A DNA stretch of 63,985 nucleotides, filler included, from Octopus bimaculoides (GCF_001194135.2; 5 parts of 5 records of this genome joined end to end with filler, not necessarily neighbours in it), one strand, 5' to 3'; positions 1-14,530 are shown, counted from the first letter of the whole stretch. Made by a program: numbers and translations. Notes: generated by a model not told the origin, from the sequence alone.

Positions 1-33
<33 letters not shown>

Positions 34-597
34 CATATATATATGTGTGTGTGTGTGTGTGTACGTGTATGTATGTCCTACTTCTCCACCACCGGTTAAT
101 AACCTGTGTTACCTTATTGTAAGTCTTCGTAAATTAATGGATGGGTAAAAGGATTTAAAAGATAAACACTTGGGACAATCCATTCGACTAAATTACTTCA
201 AGGTGATGCTGCAGCATGGCCACAGTTTAATGAGTGAAAGAAGTAAAAGATGAAACACGAAATATAAAACAATGCACTGATGGACAAACAACAAAAACCC
301 AAACAACAATGTTTGACATTGAGCCAGAGTTTTGAAGGTGAAAGATCAATAAAAACGGACGGGATTTTGACTGGATTGCTCGGTCTCGTTGCATAGCGGT
401 ATTTGTTTCGGTTCGTCGCACTCTGGGTTCGGACTTGCCTCAGCCTAGAATAAGAGTGCTAATATAATATTTATAGAAGAAATACATGGTCTAGCCCAAA
501 TCTTAGCGAGAGTTAGACAAACTGGGTTTATAGCAATATATAACTACATACTATATGCTAACTGAATTAAAGAGTATAATTTTAGATATCTGTATGT

Positions 598-641
<44 letters not shown>

Positions 642-977
642 GTGTGTGTGTTTAGAAGTGTGTACCATTCTATATATGCATGCGTATGTAAACATAAATA
701 CACGTATATATGTGCACACAAACACATATACACAAGACTTACATGCACACACTGACATGCGTGCACACACACACACAAAAGCACAAGCACAAGCACATAC
801 ACACAAACATATTGGAAGATAACATATTTATCGGGACACAATTGTATTTCTGAAAACGGGTTCTATTTATGAAGATACAAACAAAACCGTCGCCAGCCGA
901 TTCGGTTTGTGTCTGGCTCTTGATTTTTCTCCCTTTTTCTCCATGTGTGTGCGCGTGTATATATATATACATAATAC

Positions 978-1012
<35 letters not shown>

Positions 1013-2052
1013 NNNNNNNNNNNNNNNNNNNNNNNNNNNNNNNNNNNNNNNNNNNNNNNNNNNNNNNNNNNNNNNNNNNNNNNNNNNNNNNNNNNNNNNN
1101 NNNNNNNNNNNNNNNNNNNNNNNNNNNNNNNNNNNNNNNNNNNNNNNNNNNNNNNNNNNNNNNNNNNNNNNNNNNNNNNNNNNNNNNNNNNNNNNNNNNN
1201 NNNNNNNNNNNNNNNNNNNNNNNNNNNNNNNNNNNNNNNNNNNNNNNNNNNNNNNNNNNNNNNNNNNNNNNNNNNNNNNNNNNNNNNNNNNNNNNNNNNN
1301 NNNNNNNNNNNNNNNNNNNNNNNNNNNNNNNNNNNNNNNNNNNNNNNNNNNNNNNNNNNNNNNNNNNNNNNNNNNNNNNNNNNNNNNNNNNNNNNNNNNN
1401 NNNNNNNNNNNNNNNNNNNNNNNNNNNNNNNNNNNNNNNNNNNNNNNNNNNNNNNNNNNNNNNNNNNNNNNNNNNNNNNNNNNNNNNNNNNNNNNNNNNN
1501 NNNNNNNNNNNNNNNNNNNNNNNNNNNNNNNNNNNNNNNNNNNNNNNNNNNNNNNNNNNNNNNNNNNNNNNNNNNNNNNNNNNNNNNNNNNNNNNNNNNN
1601 NNNNNNNNNNNNNNNNNNNNNNNNNNNNNNNNNNNNNNNNNNNNNNNNNNNNNNNNNNNNNNNNNNNNNNNNNNNNNNNNNNNNNNNNNNNNNNNNNNNN
1701 NNNNNNNNNNNNNNNNNNNNNNNNNNNNNNNNNNNNNNNNNNNNNNNNNNNNNNNNNNNNNNNNNNNNNNNNNNNNNNNNNNNNNNNNNNNNNNNTATAT
1801 ATATATATATATATATATATATTAGTACACTAATATATAACTACCTATACCCCGCCACACATACATACACACACATATGTATATATGTGTGTGTATGTAT
1901 GTGTGAATATGTGTGTGTGTATTTGTTTGCATGTTTAAAGATGTTTATATATGCGTATGCATGGATTTCGGTGTCTAAGTGTGTATGTGTGTGTGCATGT
2001 GTATGTCTACGCTTATGCAATAGTGTGTTGTTATTTTGTATGTAAAAGATTG

Positions 2053-2088
<36 letters not shown>

Positions 2089-2461
2089 TGTGTGTGTGCA
2101 TGTTCCTTCGTGTACATATGCGTACATAAAAGCCTATTTGCGTTTGTTCGGGTGCATGTGATTCCTATGTACATTTGGGTGTATGTGTGTCAACGTTTGT
2201 TTGTGTGCATGTATGCATGTGTGCTTGTATATATATATATGCGCACGTCATTCTATGTATTTTCGGGTGTGTACATGTATCTACGTGTGTGTGTGTGTGT
2301 ACGCTTATATAGTGTACCCTTATATGTGTGTATGTGTTTGTTAGTCGGTTGCTTTACAAATCAAAGAAGCCATGAATCGTTTTATGAATACCTTGCCCTG
2401 TTATGTGTGTATCTGCTTACGCATCTATGTATGCATGTATGCATGTATGTATGTATGTATG

Positions 2462-2494
<33 letters not shown>

Positions 2495-3283
2495 NNNNNN
2501 NNNNNNNNNNNNNNNNNNNNNNNNNNNNNNNNNNNNNNNNNNNNNNNNNNNNNNNNNNNNNNNNNNNNNNNNNNNNNNNNNNNNNNNNNNNNNNNNNNNN
2601 NNNNNNNNNNNNNNNNNNNNNNNNNNNNNNNNNNNNNNNNNNNNNNNNNNNNNNNNNNNNNNNNNNNNNNNNNNNNNNNNNNNNNNNNNNNNNNNNNNNN
2701 NNNNNNNNNNNNNNNNNNNNNNNNNNNNNNNNNNNNNNNNNNNNNNNNNNNNNNNNNNNNNNNNNNNNNNNNNNNNNNNNNNNNNNNNNNNNNNNNNNNN
2801 NNNNNNNNNNNNNNNNNNNNNNNNNNNNNNNNNNNNNNNNNNNNNNNNNNNNNNNNNNNNNNNNNNNNNNNNNNNNNNNNNNNNNNNNNNNNNNNNNNNN
2901 NNNNNNNNNNNNNNNNNNNNNNNNNNNNNNNNNNNNNNNNNNNNNNNNNNNNNNNNNNNNNNNNNNNNNNNNNNNNNNNNNNNNNNNNNNNNNNNNNNNN
3001 NNNNNNNNNNNNNNNNNNNNNNNNNNNNNNNNNNNNNNNNNNNNNNNNNNNNNNNNNNNNNNNNNNNNNNNNNNNNNNNNNNNNNNNNNNNNNNNNNNNN
3101 NNNNNNNNNNNNNNNNNNNNNNNNNNNNNNNNNNNNNNNNNNNNNNNNNNNNNNNNNNNNNNNNNNNNNNNNNNNNNNNNNNNNNNNNNNNNNNNNNNNN
3201 NNNNNNNNNNNNNNNNNNNNNNNNNNNNNNNNNNNNNNNNNNNNNNNNNNNNNNNNNNNNNNNNNNNNNNNNNNNNNNNNNNN

Positions 3284-3314
<31 letters not shown>

Positions 3315-3879
3315 AAGTACCTTGTGTATGTATAATATATATGTATATGTATATATGTGTATGCCTATGTGTGCGTATGTATGCGTGTGATGTGTGTGTG
3401 GAGTGTTTGATTTTCTATGAATATTTGTTAGTGCGTGTGTATACGTAGTTTGTATGCACGAGAGACAGAAACAAATAAAAGAGATGAGAGACACACACAC
3501 GCACATAGAGAGAGAAACAGAAAAGCAATGAGAGAGGCAAAGCAAGAGACAGATAGAGAGAGAATGATGTAATGTGAGAATGGATGTGAGTTAGGTTTGC
3601 TTGTGTGGTGTTGTCAATGAGATGAGCTGATAAATATCCTTCAGCTATGAGTTCATAGAACATGAAGTGTAATCAAGCCGAAAGAACCGATTCTTTACTG
3701 CAGATCTCATCTGGTATTTGGCAACGAATCACTAGTATCTCATGTACTGCTCCAGCCTTTTTCTTCTTCATCATATTCTTGTTGTTCTTGTTGCACGTCT
3801 ATATTTTGTTATGCTTGTTTGTTATTTTTTACTAGATTTTTATGCTGTGTGGTGTATCACACTGCCTTTCATTTTAGAT

Positions 3880-3938
<59 letters not shown>

Positions 3939-4243
3939 TTGTATATGTGTGTATGTGTATATGTATGTGGGATGTATTTGTTTGTGTTTTGTTCGGTGCT
4001 TTGTTTTTTTTTTTTTGCTTTTCGTCTTATGAAGGTAGGCATGTATACTTTGAACATTTCAAATTCCCAAACGATGAAGTGGACAAAATAAATAAAAAAA
4101 TAAATAACAAATAAATAGAGTGAGAGATTTTTGAATTTCATTGGAGCTGACCGTAAACAAGTGTTCCTTGATCAACACACTCTTGTATATGCATTGTGTA
4201 TGCGTATGTGCGCATATGTGTGTGTGTGTGTGTGCTCCTGATA

Positions 4244-4295
<52 letters not shown>

Positions 4296-4489
4296 ATGTG
4301 TGTATGTACATATATAAATACGCATGTGTGAATGTGTATGTGTACGTATACACACACACATGTATCTAGATATATATACGTGTGAGTGTATGTGTATATG
4401 TATGCAGATACACTTATATGTGTTTATATATATACATATGTACATATATATATATATATATATATAATTTCTGATTACCTTCACTCAAA

Positions 4490-4980
4490 ACGACAACGAC
4501 GACGACCATATTGTTGATGGTGACGATGATGACGACGACGACCACCATGATGACGATGATGATGATGATGGTGATGATGATGATGATGGTGACGATGATG
4601 GTGACGATGATGGTGACGATGATGATGATGATGAAGAAGGAATTAAAGAATAGAAATAATACACATGATAAAGTGAAGTTGATGTAACATGCAAACACTA
4701 TCCGACACTTGCACAACGCAATGCTGTACATAACCGCAAATACAGGGACATTCACCCGCTGGTGCAGTAGCGTCTCACATGGACATGTCGAAAGCAGAAG
4801 CTAACAGCAACAACAACTGCAACAACAGCATCAACAACAACAACCACAACAACATTTTTAATCACGGCCAGAGTCACCAGGAAAGTATTAGATAGTTGGA
4901 GAGAGCTGATAGCGGGGTATCATAGCCTGCAGATAGCAAGCCCGGTACACATGCAAGACTCTAAGAGCAAGAAAACAACG

Positions 4981-5024
<44 letters not shown>

Positions 5025-5330
5025 TAATAATAATAATAATTGAAGCAAAAAAAGAAGAGTGCCATTGTTATCAAGTGAACGATATTTTGTCATCTCGTGT
5101 GTCTTCCACGGGTTCAAAAAATAAACTTGTCAATCTTCATTTTGCTAATATTTAGCAAAAAAAAAAAGGAGAGTACCGTTGTTATCAAGTGAACCTTTTT
5201 TGCTTCTATACCATCTGGAGGAGTAACATCAATTCTATAAATAATAATAATAATAATGATAATAATAACAACAACAACAACAACAACACCAACAACAACA
5301 ACAAGAATAATAATAATAATAATAATAATG
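4490..5330. repeat. Cluster of (GAT/GAC)n, (CAA)n and (AAT)n microsatellites
   Basis: Direct inspection. Confidence 0.85.
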
Positions 5331-5836
5331 TGTCCTCAACTGAAAGACAAAACAAATAAAAAATACAAACAAACAAACCAGCTTCCAGTATACTGAGAAG
5401 AAATAGGAGTAAAAATCACTGCATGGCACTATCTACAGGCACCAGGCAAACAAGTGGATGTTAAAGCAAGTTTTAAAATATGAAGGTACCCAAAATTGCA
5501 CTAAGTGATAAATATCCCATAATACTCCTCTGTGAAATGCATCTAAATGAACAAGTAATGTGTACCTAACTGACGAGGCAAGACAAATATAAGAAAATAA
5601 AGCCAAACAGACCAACCTGTAATATATTTACGAAAAATGAAGGCAAATACTCGATCAGAACCAAAGACTTTGATATCGACCAGACACTCAGCCATCAGCA
5701 ATTTGCATGATCTGGTCTTTAGTCGAAACCTGAACGGTATATAATTGCTGCACAGATTCATAGCCTTCCAACAAGGCATTACTACAGCGCGCACGCTGAC
5801 ACACACATATGTATGTATACGTGTATATATATATGT

Positions 5837-5882
<46 letters not shown>

Positions 5883-7015
5883 GCATGTGTGTATATATGT
5901 GTATAAGTAGACATAAAGCTTATAATATGACCAGGAACATTCTTGACAGAACGAGAATATACTATGGCAATAGAAGACATTGCAATCTATGTGCGATAGA
6001 GATATTCGAAAATTTATACGTTAAAATCATTCTCGAAAGCAGACACGCTAAACAAATTAAGAACTACACTCTGATATAAACAAATATAAATCCTACGCCT
6101 TCTTGGTTTACTGAATGAGGTAATCATTCCAAAAATATAACAATACATTTAATTCTGAATATCAAGAAAGCAATTACCTTTCTCCGCTCCTATATATATT
6201 CATATCATCGTATTTTCACGTACAAAGACCGTCTTTAAGAAAAGGAGCAAAATAATGAATTCCATTGTATTAGAGACAATGTTAAATTAACTAGAATGTT
6301 AAACTACTTTACGCAATAGAAAATACTTTCTGGCCCTATGTTTGAATATACATCTAAAACGTGTATCATTCTTATACTTATATATATAAATTTCATTTTT
6401 CTCTATGCTAGTCATCAATATATTTCCGCATTCACCTTTCAAGCATATATATGCTGCAAGAAAATAATATCCTGAACTTAGTGTATGTTATAAATACTAT
6501 TTTAAGACATATTCTTTCCGATTTTATATCTCAAATTCTTAGACAGTATACAGATTACATAATACATAATTCATTTAAAAATTGAGAAAAAAGGATAAAT
6601 TCTACAAATATTGACAATGAAATATATAGACCACTAACAGATGTTAATTCACATATTGCATTGCAATCGCTTTTCTATAGTTGAATATTTATTTCCTATA
6701 TTTTATACACTTATTTTTTGCAAATTTTTGTATATTTCTGTCAACTCTTGTTTTCTATTAATTTTTTAGCTACACTTTTCCACGTAGAACGCTCAATTGT
6801 TTCATGAAATAGCTGTTTCCTTTTCCCTTTTAATGACACAGAAACTTGCATATTGTATATTGACAAGATATTGACGATGCTCGTTGACCTCACACTTGGC
6901 GAGCAAAGCAATTACATACTTGTGGCATACACGATTTTGATCATCATATGATACATACATGCATGCATACATACACACACGCGCGCAAACGCATACACAT
7001 ACTCACATACACATG

Positions 7016-7138
<123 letters not shown>

Positions 7139-7782
7139 CTGATGAACCCTACAATAGGGTAAAAGCATAGAAACTTTGCTAAAACAAATCGGTTATTAAT
7201 ATACAGCGATCTGTATTCTATTTCATCCTCTTTGTAAACTGATTCAATTACATACCTATGTATATACATTTACATACGTTTATAGTATATATATGTACAT
7301 ACATGCACACACATATTTATACATATATGTATATTTATACATATATGNNNNNNNNNNNNNNNNNNNNNNNNNNNNNNNNNNNNNNNNNNNNNNNNNNNNN
7401 NNNNNNNNNNNNNNNNNNNNNNNNNNNNNNNNNNNNNNNNNNNNNNNNNNNNNNNNNNNNNNNNNNNNNNNNNNNNNNNNNNTATAGATATATATTTACA
7501 TATATATGTATACATACGCATAAATAAATTTGAATACATAATCATATATGTATATAAGTGTGTATGTGTGTATGTATATATTTATATATGTATATTCTGA
7601 CATATACATAAAATACTTATGTTTGTACACAGTGTGTATACATAAAATGTGTGTGCGTGTGTGTGTGTGGGTGCGTGTGAGTGAGTGCATGTGTCCATCT
7701 ACCAGTGAGCGTGTGCATGTACGCATTGGTGTGTATATACGTCCGTATGTGTGCATAGGTATCGATGTCTGTGTGTATCTAT

Positions 7783-7816
<34 letters not shown>

Positions 7817-8404
7817 GAGAGGTGGGCGAGCAAAAGAGAGAGGGGGAGAGCAAAGAGAGAAAGAGAGAGAGTATGTGTGCGTGCGTGTGTGTAATCAGTA
7901 CTTCACAAACCCAAGCTGTCCTTCATTATATATAAATGGACGAGCAGAAAAAAAAAATTGATATATTTTTGTTTTCTTTTTCCTGTTATATTTAATGCTG
8001 CGGTAAAGTTCCTTCTTGTATGTCTTAATGGGATCTTCTGGAGAATAAAGCACATTCTACCATTTTTTTCCCTTTCTGCATCGTTTGAATTTGTATCTCT
8101 TCTTTTTTTTTTATTTAGCTCGTTCATTTCTTGATTTCTTTCTGCCTTTCTTTCACTCATTCATCATTTATTTCGTTTCATTTTCTGATTCTCTTTGTTT
8201 TGTTTGTTTGTTTGTTTGTTTGTTTTTTTCGTTTCTTTATTTATCTATTTAGTTTTGGTATGCGGTTTAACCTGAGAAATCAAACATTAGGTTTAGTATC
8301 GAAAAGAAGAATAACAGAACGAAATAAATAAATCGAAGAAGAAACAGAAGGAGAAAGTAAACAAGAAACAAGCAATCAAAGCGAGAGAGAGAGAGAGGGA
8401 GAGA

Positions 8405-8441
<37 letters not shown>

Positions 8442-8933
8442 TCTTGTAATAGGCTCTTTTAATTAAATAGTTTTGCTAGAAAACTTGAATCCGGTCTATT
8501 GATTACTTTTGACTTACATCCCTCAAACGTATATCGTCTGCAATTGTCATGGTAGAGGAAATAGATGACGTGATCTGTGATGTTCATGCTTTTCCAAACA
8601 CTCACGTACATTGTGGTAAAGAATGATTGGAGCTGATGGTTGAAACGGTTCGGCATATTCGATTCGTCACAGATCGATCGTTTGAATATTTTAGAGTTCA
8701 GTTTAGTAGCACGGAATATGTTAAGATATGTTTTCGAATATGCGTATGTCACAGGAGAGAAATTAGTTAGGATGTTAGCAAAGGCCTCCATTATAAGGAG
8801 CAGATGAATACAAAGCTGGTGATAAGGGGCATTGGTAAATATGGGATCTGTGGCTGGTTGTCACTTACATATCGCAGCATCAATGGACGGCTAAAGCCTT
8901 ATGCCTATCAAAAGAATGAAAGCAGTATTCTAA

Positions 8934-9060
8934 GAGAATCGTTAGCGCGCCAGACAAAATACTTACAAGAAATTCTACTTGATGTTTACGAACCGAGTTC
9001 AAATCACGAGAAATCACCTTTATCATTCATCCTTTCTGAGTAGATAAAATAAGGTATCAA
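8934..9060 (+). mobile_element. Diverged SINE family A head
   Basis: agaatcgttagcgcgcc...gagttcaaatc...ttcatcctttc. Confidence 0.5.
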
Positions 9061-9432
9061 CCAAGTACAAGTGTTTATACAATTGTCTAAGAATCCTACC
9101 CTCAAATTTACTGGTATTGTGTCAAAATTTGAAAGCCTTATCAAGCATAAGACAGAAGTTGAATGCATCAAGGAATGCAGTAAGTCCTTCTGTCACCATC
9201 TGCAAGACACATTACGATATTGATACCATCCTTTGGTATGGATGGGAGGAAGAAATCTTTCTGAAAAATTCTGGAATATTTAATTTTCAATTATCTGTAA
9301 ATCTAAGAAAAAAATTTACAAAATATAAAGCGGAATTTAAAATTACAGTAAAGAAAGAAATGGGCGGGAAGGCTTGAGAATTGCGCACATATACATACGC
9401 ACACATATATGTATATATGTATATATCTATAC

Positions 9433-9466
<34 letters not shown>

Positions 9467-9480
9467 GCGCGTGTGTGTGT

Positions 9481-9791
9481 GTGGAGGTCCAATGGCCCAG
9501 GGGTTAGGGCAGCGGACTCGCGGTCGTGGGATGGTGGTTTTTCGATTCCCAGACCGAGCGTTGTGAGTTTTTATTGAGCGAAAACTCCTAAAGCTCCATA
9601 ACGCTCAAGCAGGAGTTGATGGCGAACCCTGCTGTACTCTTTCACCATTACTTTCTCTCACTCTTTCTTCCTGTTTCTGTTGTACCTGTATTTCGAAGGG
9701 TCAGCCTTGTTAAATTCAGTGACACGCTGAATCTCCCTGAGAACTACGTTAGGATACACATGTCTGTGGAGTGCTCAGCCTCTTACACATT
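9481..9791 (+). mobile_element. SINE family C, 3'-truncated
   Basis: Colinear with the reverse complement of 48530-48808. Confidence 0.85.
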
Positions 9792-11354
9792 TGGAGGGGT
9801 AAGATACCAATTAGAATATATAGAATTTAAATTCTTATTTGATTCACTAGACTGTTGATTGGCAGCCCAGTCAAGAAGGTATTTTCTTCTTCTCCTACTC
9901 TTGTTTTTGCACACATCTACAAAATGACTTTCTAAAATTAAATTCCATTATGCAGCTGAGGAGTACATTTTCATTGCACATTTTATGTGGTGTTCTCACT
10001 ACATAAATAAATGAAGTTTGTACGAAACGTACGTACTGCTATAACCTATTGAATTTTTGTTGCTTTTCTTCAAATATATATATATATATATATATAAATG
10101 CGCATCTGTACAAAGTGCGCATGTTATTTGCACACATATATATTGCATACAAGTATAATTCTTGAGTTATTGAAATTATTCCTGCTTCAAGAGAGGATAG
10201 ACCAATCGCTAAATGGTAACTAGTATTCACTTCACTAAAAAATAGTTGGTGATACTCAAAGACCAGTATGGTCCAAAATTGACATATATTAAGACAATGT
10301 TATTTCCTGAAGACAAACGTCTCCAAAATTGCCTTACAAGTAGAGAAAAAACGTTATTAACTAAAAACAAGAAGTTAACAATTAGCCTATGTTCCTGCCA
10401 GAACAGGCGTCATCAGCGCATCTATTTTTCTAATTTTTCTTCAGCACATGCAATACTTGGTCATATGGAGAAAAAAACCCCAGCAAGAAACACATCTTGA
10501 ATAAATAATTAATATTTAATGACCCAATGCAATTCATATATTTAATTTTAAGCGTGAATGTTGCCAACTTTACGACTCTCTGTTATAAAGATCATTTATA
10601 TGAATTTTACAATTTATTTTGTTTTCAAAACTTTACGAAACCTTAAACCCTAAAGCAAAATATTTATTACAAAATCAGTAAAATCAGAACTTTCTTAATA
10701 TTAAGTACAGTAAATGCAGCAGTTATTGATTACAGTAAACAGTAAGCAATAATTAATGTCCCAATGTAATTCATATGTTTAATTGCAAGCGTGAATGTTG
10801 CAAACTTTACGACTCTAACTGTTGTTGACTATACTTAAATGCCGTTTCTTTCCAGCTCATCATGTACTTGCAACAGATGGCAATTTTAGCGTAACAAGTA
10901 ACGAATTAATGTAAGTAAACAATATACGTATATATCCTTAAAAGTATCTCCGACGAAAGAATAAGATAAATGACGAAAACGATATAGATGACAGAGTATA
11001 ATAAGGGAATATAAGCACAGCTAGCATACACTAACCAAACGAAAAATAAAATACTTCCTTGCAGTTGATATATGACGTAAAGGTCGGGGTTATAAATGTG
11101 AATTCTGTCTATGATATCTGCACGAATGATATTGAACCTGACTGCTACAGATCTATAGCAACACATCAATAAGATTGCGTTCGGAATATGAAACCAAGAA
11201 GATCTAAATACGAACACAAATAATCTGGGAAGTTTAGTGTTCTAATCTAACTGAAAAAGATTCATGCAATAATATTAGAAAAAAGAGTTTTAAAGAAAAG
11301 AGGAAGCGAAAATAAGAACAGGGTTTAAATATATGTGATAAAGAGTTTTCACCC

Positions 11355-11436
<82 letters not shown>

Positions 11437-12614
11437 CGTTCATATATATTATCATTCATATATAAACATATGTATACACACACACACACACACATATTTA
11501 AATATACTTATACACGACATAGATGCATCCGTAAATGTATCTTATATCGTATCTTATTTCGTATCATAGCTATTTGCACATATGATATATCTATACCTAT
11601 ATATCTACATGTATACATACATCGGTGTGTGCGTATGCAACACGTGATAGAGGGAGCGTAAATATGTGGGTGGGTCTATCATAGATAGGCTGATAAATAA
11701 ATAGACAGATAAACATAGATAGATGGAACGAGAGAGAAAGAATGAGAGAAAGACAAAGAGAGAAAGAGAGAGAGAAAGAAAGAGAGAGAGAGAGAGAGAG
11801 AGGGGGGGGGACAGAGCAAGCAAGCGCAAGATGTCGTTTCAAAATAAAATCGCTATTTTAATAAATCGAAAGTTTAGCTAATTAAGATGGGATATATTAC
11901 GAACTCAGAGCTTTATCACGGGAATGAGTCCCGTAAAAATAGCTTATATAAATGTAAAGGGGTAGCGTATAAAGGCTTTAAGTATTTACTATTAACTAAC
12001 TAAAATAGAGCCGTACAAGAGCTCTTTATAAACAATCGAAATATATTACTCTTTTTCAAATTATCGTGGNNNNNNNNNNNNNNNNNNNNNNNNNNNNNNN
12101 NNNNNNNNNNNNNNNNNNNNNNNNNNNNNNNNNNNNNNNNNNNNNNNNNNNNNNNNNNNNNNNNNNNNNNNNNNNNNNNNNNNNNNNNNNNNNNNNNNNN
12201 NNNNNNNNNNNNNNNNNNNNNNNNNNNNNNNNNNNNNNNNNNNNNNNNNNNNNNNNNNNNNNNNNNNNNNNNNNNNNNNNNNNNNNNNNNNNNNNNNNNN
12301 NNNNNNNNNNNNNNNNNNNNNNNNNNNNNNNNNNNNNNNNNNNNNNNNNNNNNNNNNNNNNNNNNNNNNNNNNNNNNNNNNNNNNNNNNNNNNNNNNNNN
12401 NNNNNNNNNNNNNNNNNNNNNNNNNNNNNNNNNNNNNNNNNNNNNNNNNNNNNNNNNNNNNNNNNNNNNNNNNTATATATATATACATATATATACATAT
12501 ATATATATATATGATATGCACGCAACATTCTCTACACTTTTCGTTCACTAAATTCTGCATATCCGTCTAACAAGCTATTAATCCATTGCTGTCTCTTTCT
12601 TTCACTTATACTTC

Positions 12615-12656
<42 letters not shown>

Positions 12657-12833
12657 TACTATCTCCTTATTTATCTCTCTATCTATCTATCTATCTATGT
12701 GTTTGTGTAAAGAGAGAAAGAAAGAGATAGAGAGAGGTGGGGAGAGAGATAATATATATATATATGAATGTATGTATGTGTGCGTGTATGCATGTATGTG
12801 TATATATTTATAGGTACAAAAACACACACAGCT

Positions 12834-12890
<57 letters not shown>

Positions 12891-13009
12891 CATATAACTG
12901 CATACATATATGTGTGTATGCTTTTCCATACCACCGGTTGACAACTGATGCGGGTTTCTTTAATGTTCCGTAACTTAACTTTGTACTTGAATTAAAGTTT
13001 ATTATTAGG

Positions 13010-13600
13010 GTCCTTCTTCCCCTAAATTCTCCAAGTCGGTTCCCGGTGAGGACGCAATCCAGCGTTGCTACACCATGAAGAGTGCATCAACAGAACAGCT
13101 GAGTTTCTTATTTCTTTACTGCCCACAAGGAGCTACACACAGAGGGGACAAATAAGGACAGACAAATGGATTAAGTCGATTATATCGACACCAGTGCGTA
13201 ACTGTACTTATTTAATCAACCCCGAGAGGATGAAAGGCAAAGTCGACCTCGGCGGAATTTGAACTCAGAACGTAACGGCAGACGAAATACCGCTAAGCAT
13301 TTCGCCCGACGTGCTAACGTTTCTGCCAGCTGAGTTTCTGGGACACTGAGAGAGATACAACTCTATTCCCTGGAAAGAAGACAGGAGAAGTTTTCAGTGA
13401 TAGGCGTATAGAAGATCCTGCAGGGGATGGCCCCCAAAGTTTGGCATAATGAACTATACTAACTCCCCACACCACATACACACGCAACTGGACGTCACTG
13501 CACTACTCCAAAAGTCATATTTAACCCGTCTAGAGTAAGGACCATACACTGCATTGGCTTGGGATTCAAGGGCACACAACTATTTAATACCTTGCAAAAA
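13010..13600 (+). mobile_element. 3' fragment of the same CR1/L2-group LINE, split by a SINE
   Basis: DAIQRCYTMKSASTEQLS / FWDTLREIQLYSLERRQEKF is homologous to 32140-32250. Confidence 0.75.
13109..13331 (-). mobile_element. SINE family A inserted in a CR1 fragment
   Basis: 13-bp TSD cagctgagtttct (13096-13108, 13327-39). Confidence 0.9.
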
Positions 13601-13732
13601 CATTATTTACATTATTTACATTTGACGGATATTTGTCCTCATCTTGTTTATTGTTAACATAACGTTTCGGCTGATGTACTCTCTAGCTTTCATCAGGTGT
13701 CCTCGGAGAATTTCGAACCTGAGTTCTCATTT
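13601..13732 (-). mobile_element. 5'-truncated solo terminal repeat of the same PLE family, with a degenerate hammerhead at 13656-13701
   Basis: Homologous to 44680-44803. Reads GACAC-CTGATGA-A-agcta..cagcc-GAAACGTT-atgtt; core intact, mismatches in stems I and II. Confidence 0.8.
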
Positions 13733-14104
13733 TTTCCGTCCTTGTTTTTGTATACATTCGCTGCTTTCTTCCAACGAATCTAATGCTCTTAGCTTAGTTT
13801 TTCCTTGGGGCTGGGCAGATTGGAGCAACATCGAAAATAACCAGCCGAAATTACAAGGATAATCTGGATCTCGACTGAAGAAAGAAAACTCCGAATGACA
13901 TGTCCGTATTTTCTTTGTATCGTCTACCTGTATNNNNNNNNNNNNNNNNNNNNNNNNNNNNNNNNNNNNNNNNNNNNNNNNNNNNNNNNNNNNNNNNNNN
14001 NNNNNNNNNNNNNNNNNNNNNNNNNNNNNNNNNNNNNNNNNNNNNNNNNNNNNNNNNNNNNNNNNTATATATAGCGGCGTACGTACACTTTGTCTCTTAT
14101 ATGT

Positions 14105-14171
<67 letters not shown>

Positions 14172-14187
14172 AAACGGAAAAGAAAAC

Positions 14188-14530
14188 CCAGCTGACAATA
14201 AGGTATGCGATAAGGAAGAAAGAAAAGTCGATCGATATAACAAGTTAGCTTGGGAGGTTAAACAATTGGGGTTGCTCAAAAAGTTGCAAGTAGTACCAAT
14301 AATTATCGGAGCCCTGGGAACTGTGAGTAAAAATCTTGAGTAGTACATGCAACAAATAGGGGCTACAATAAGGGTGGATCACTTGCAGATAACAACACTG
14401 CTTGGAACCGCTCGAATACTCGGCATGGTGCTCGAAAAATAAGGTGTGTTACCTTAGTTCACTTGCAGTGAACAGCTGACAGCGTAGTACATCTCCAGCG
14501 TTAGAAGCTGTACAAAGACAATAAAATAAT
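14188..14530 (+). mobile_element. R4/Dong-type non-LTR retrotransposon 3' end (RLE endonuclease C-terminus + 3' UTR)
   Basis: PADNKVCDKEERKVDRYNKLAWEV...VVPIIIGALGTVSKNLE*...LLGTARILGMVLEK* (14188-14442) fits the K..KY..L and VVP...GALG RLE pattern. Confidence 0.8.

Noticed and set aside
3700-3810. Terminal exon DVQQEQQEYDEEEKGWSST* on the minus strand
   Set aside because: Phase fits the 5617 segment, but the acceptor region is A-rich with no pyrimidine tract.
8459-8791. 110-aa minus-strand ORF as a coding exon
   Set aside because: A good donor exists near 8517, but there is no clear acceptor, neighbouring exon-like segments are closed in all frames, the phase does not fit 5617-5729, and no family is recognised.
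13880-13915. Third hammerhead-like string ctgaagaaagaaaactccgaatgacatgtc
   Set aside because: It has CTGAAGA and a palindrome, but GAAT replaces GAAA, stem II is weak and stem I does not pair. Worth re-testing only on a family consensus.
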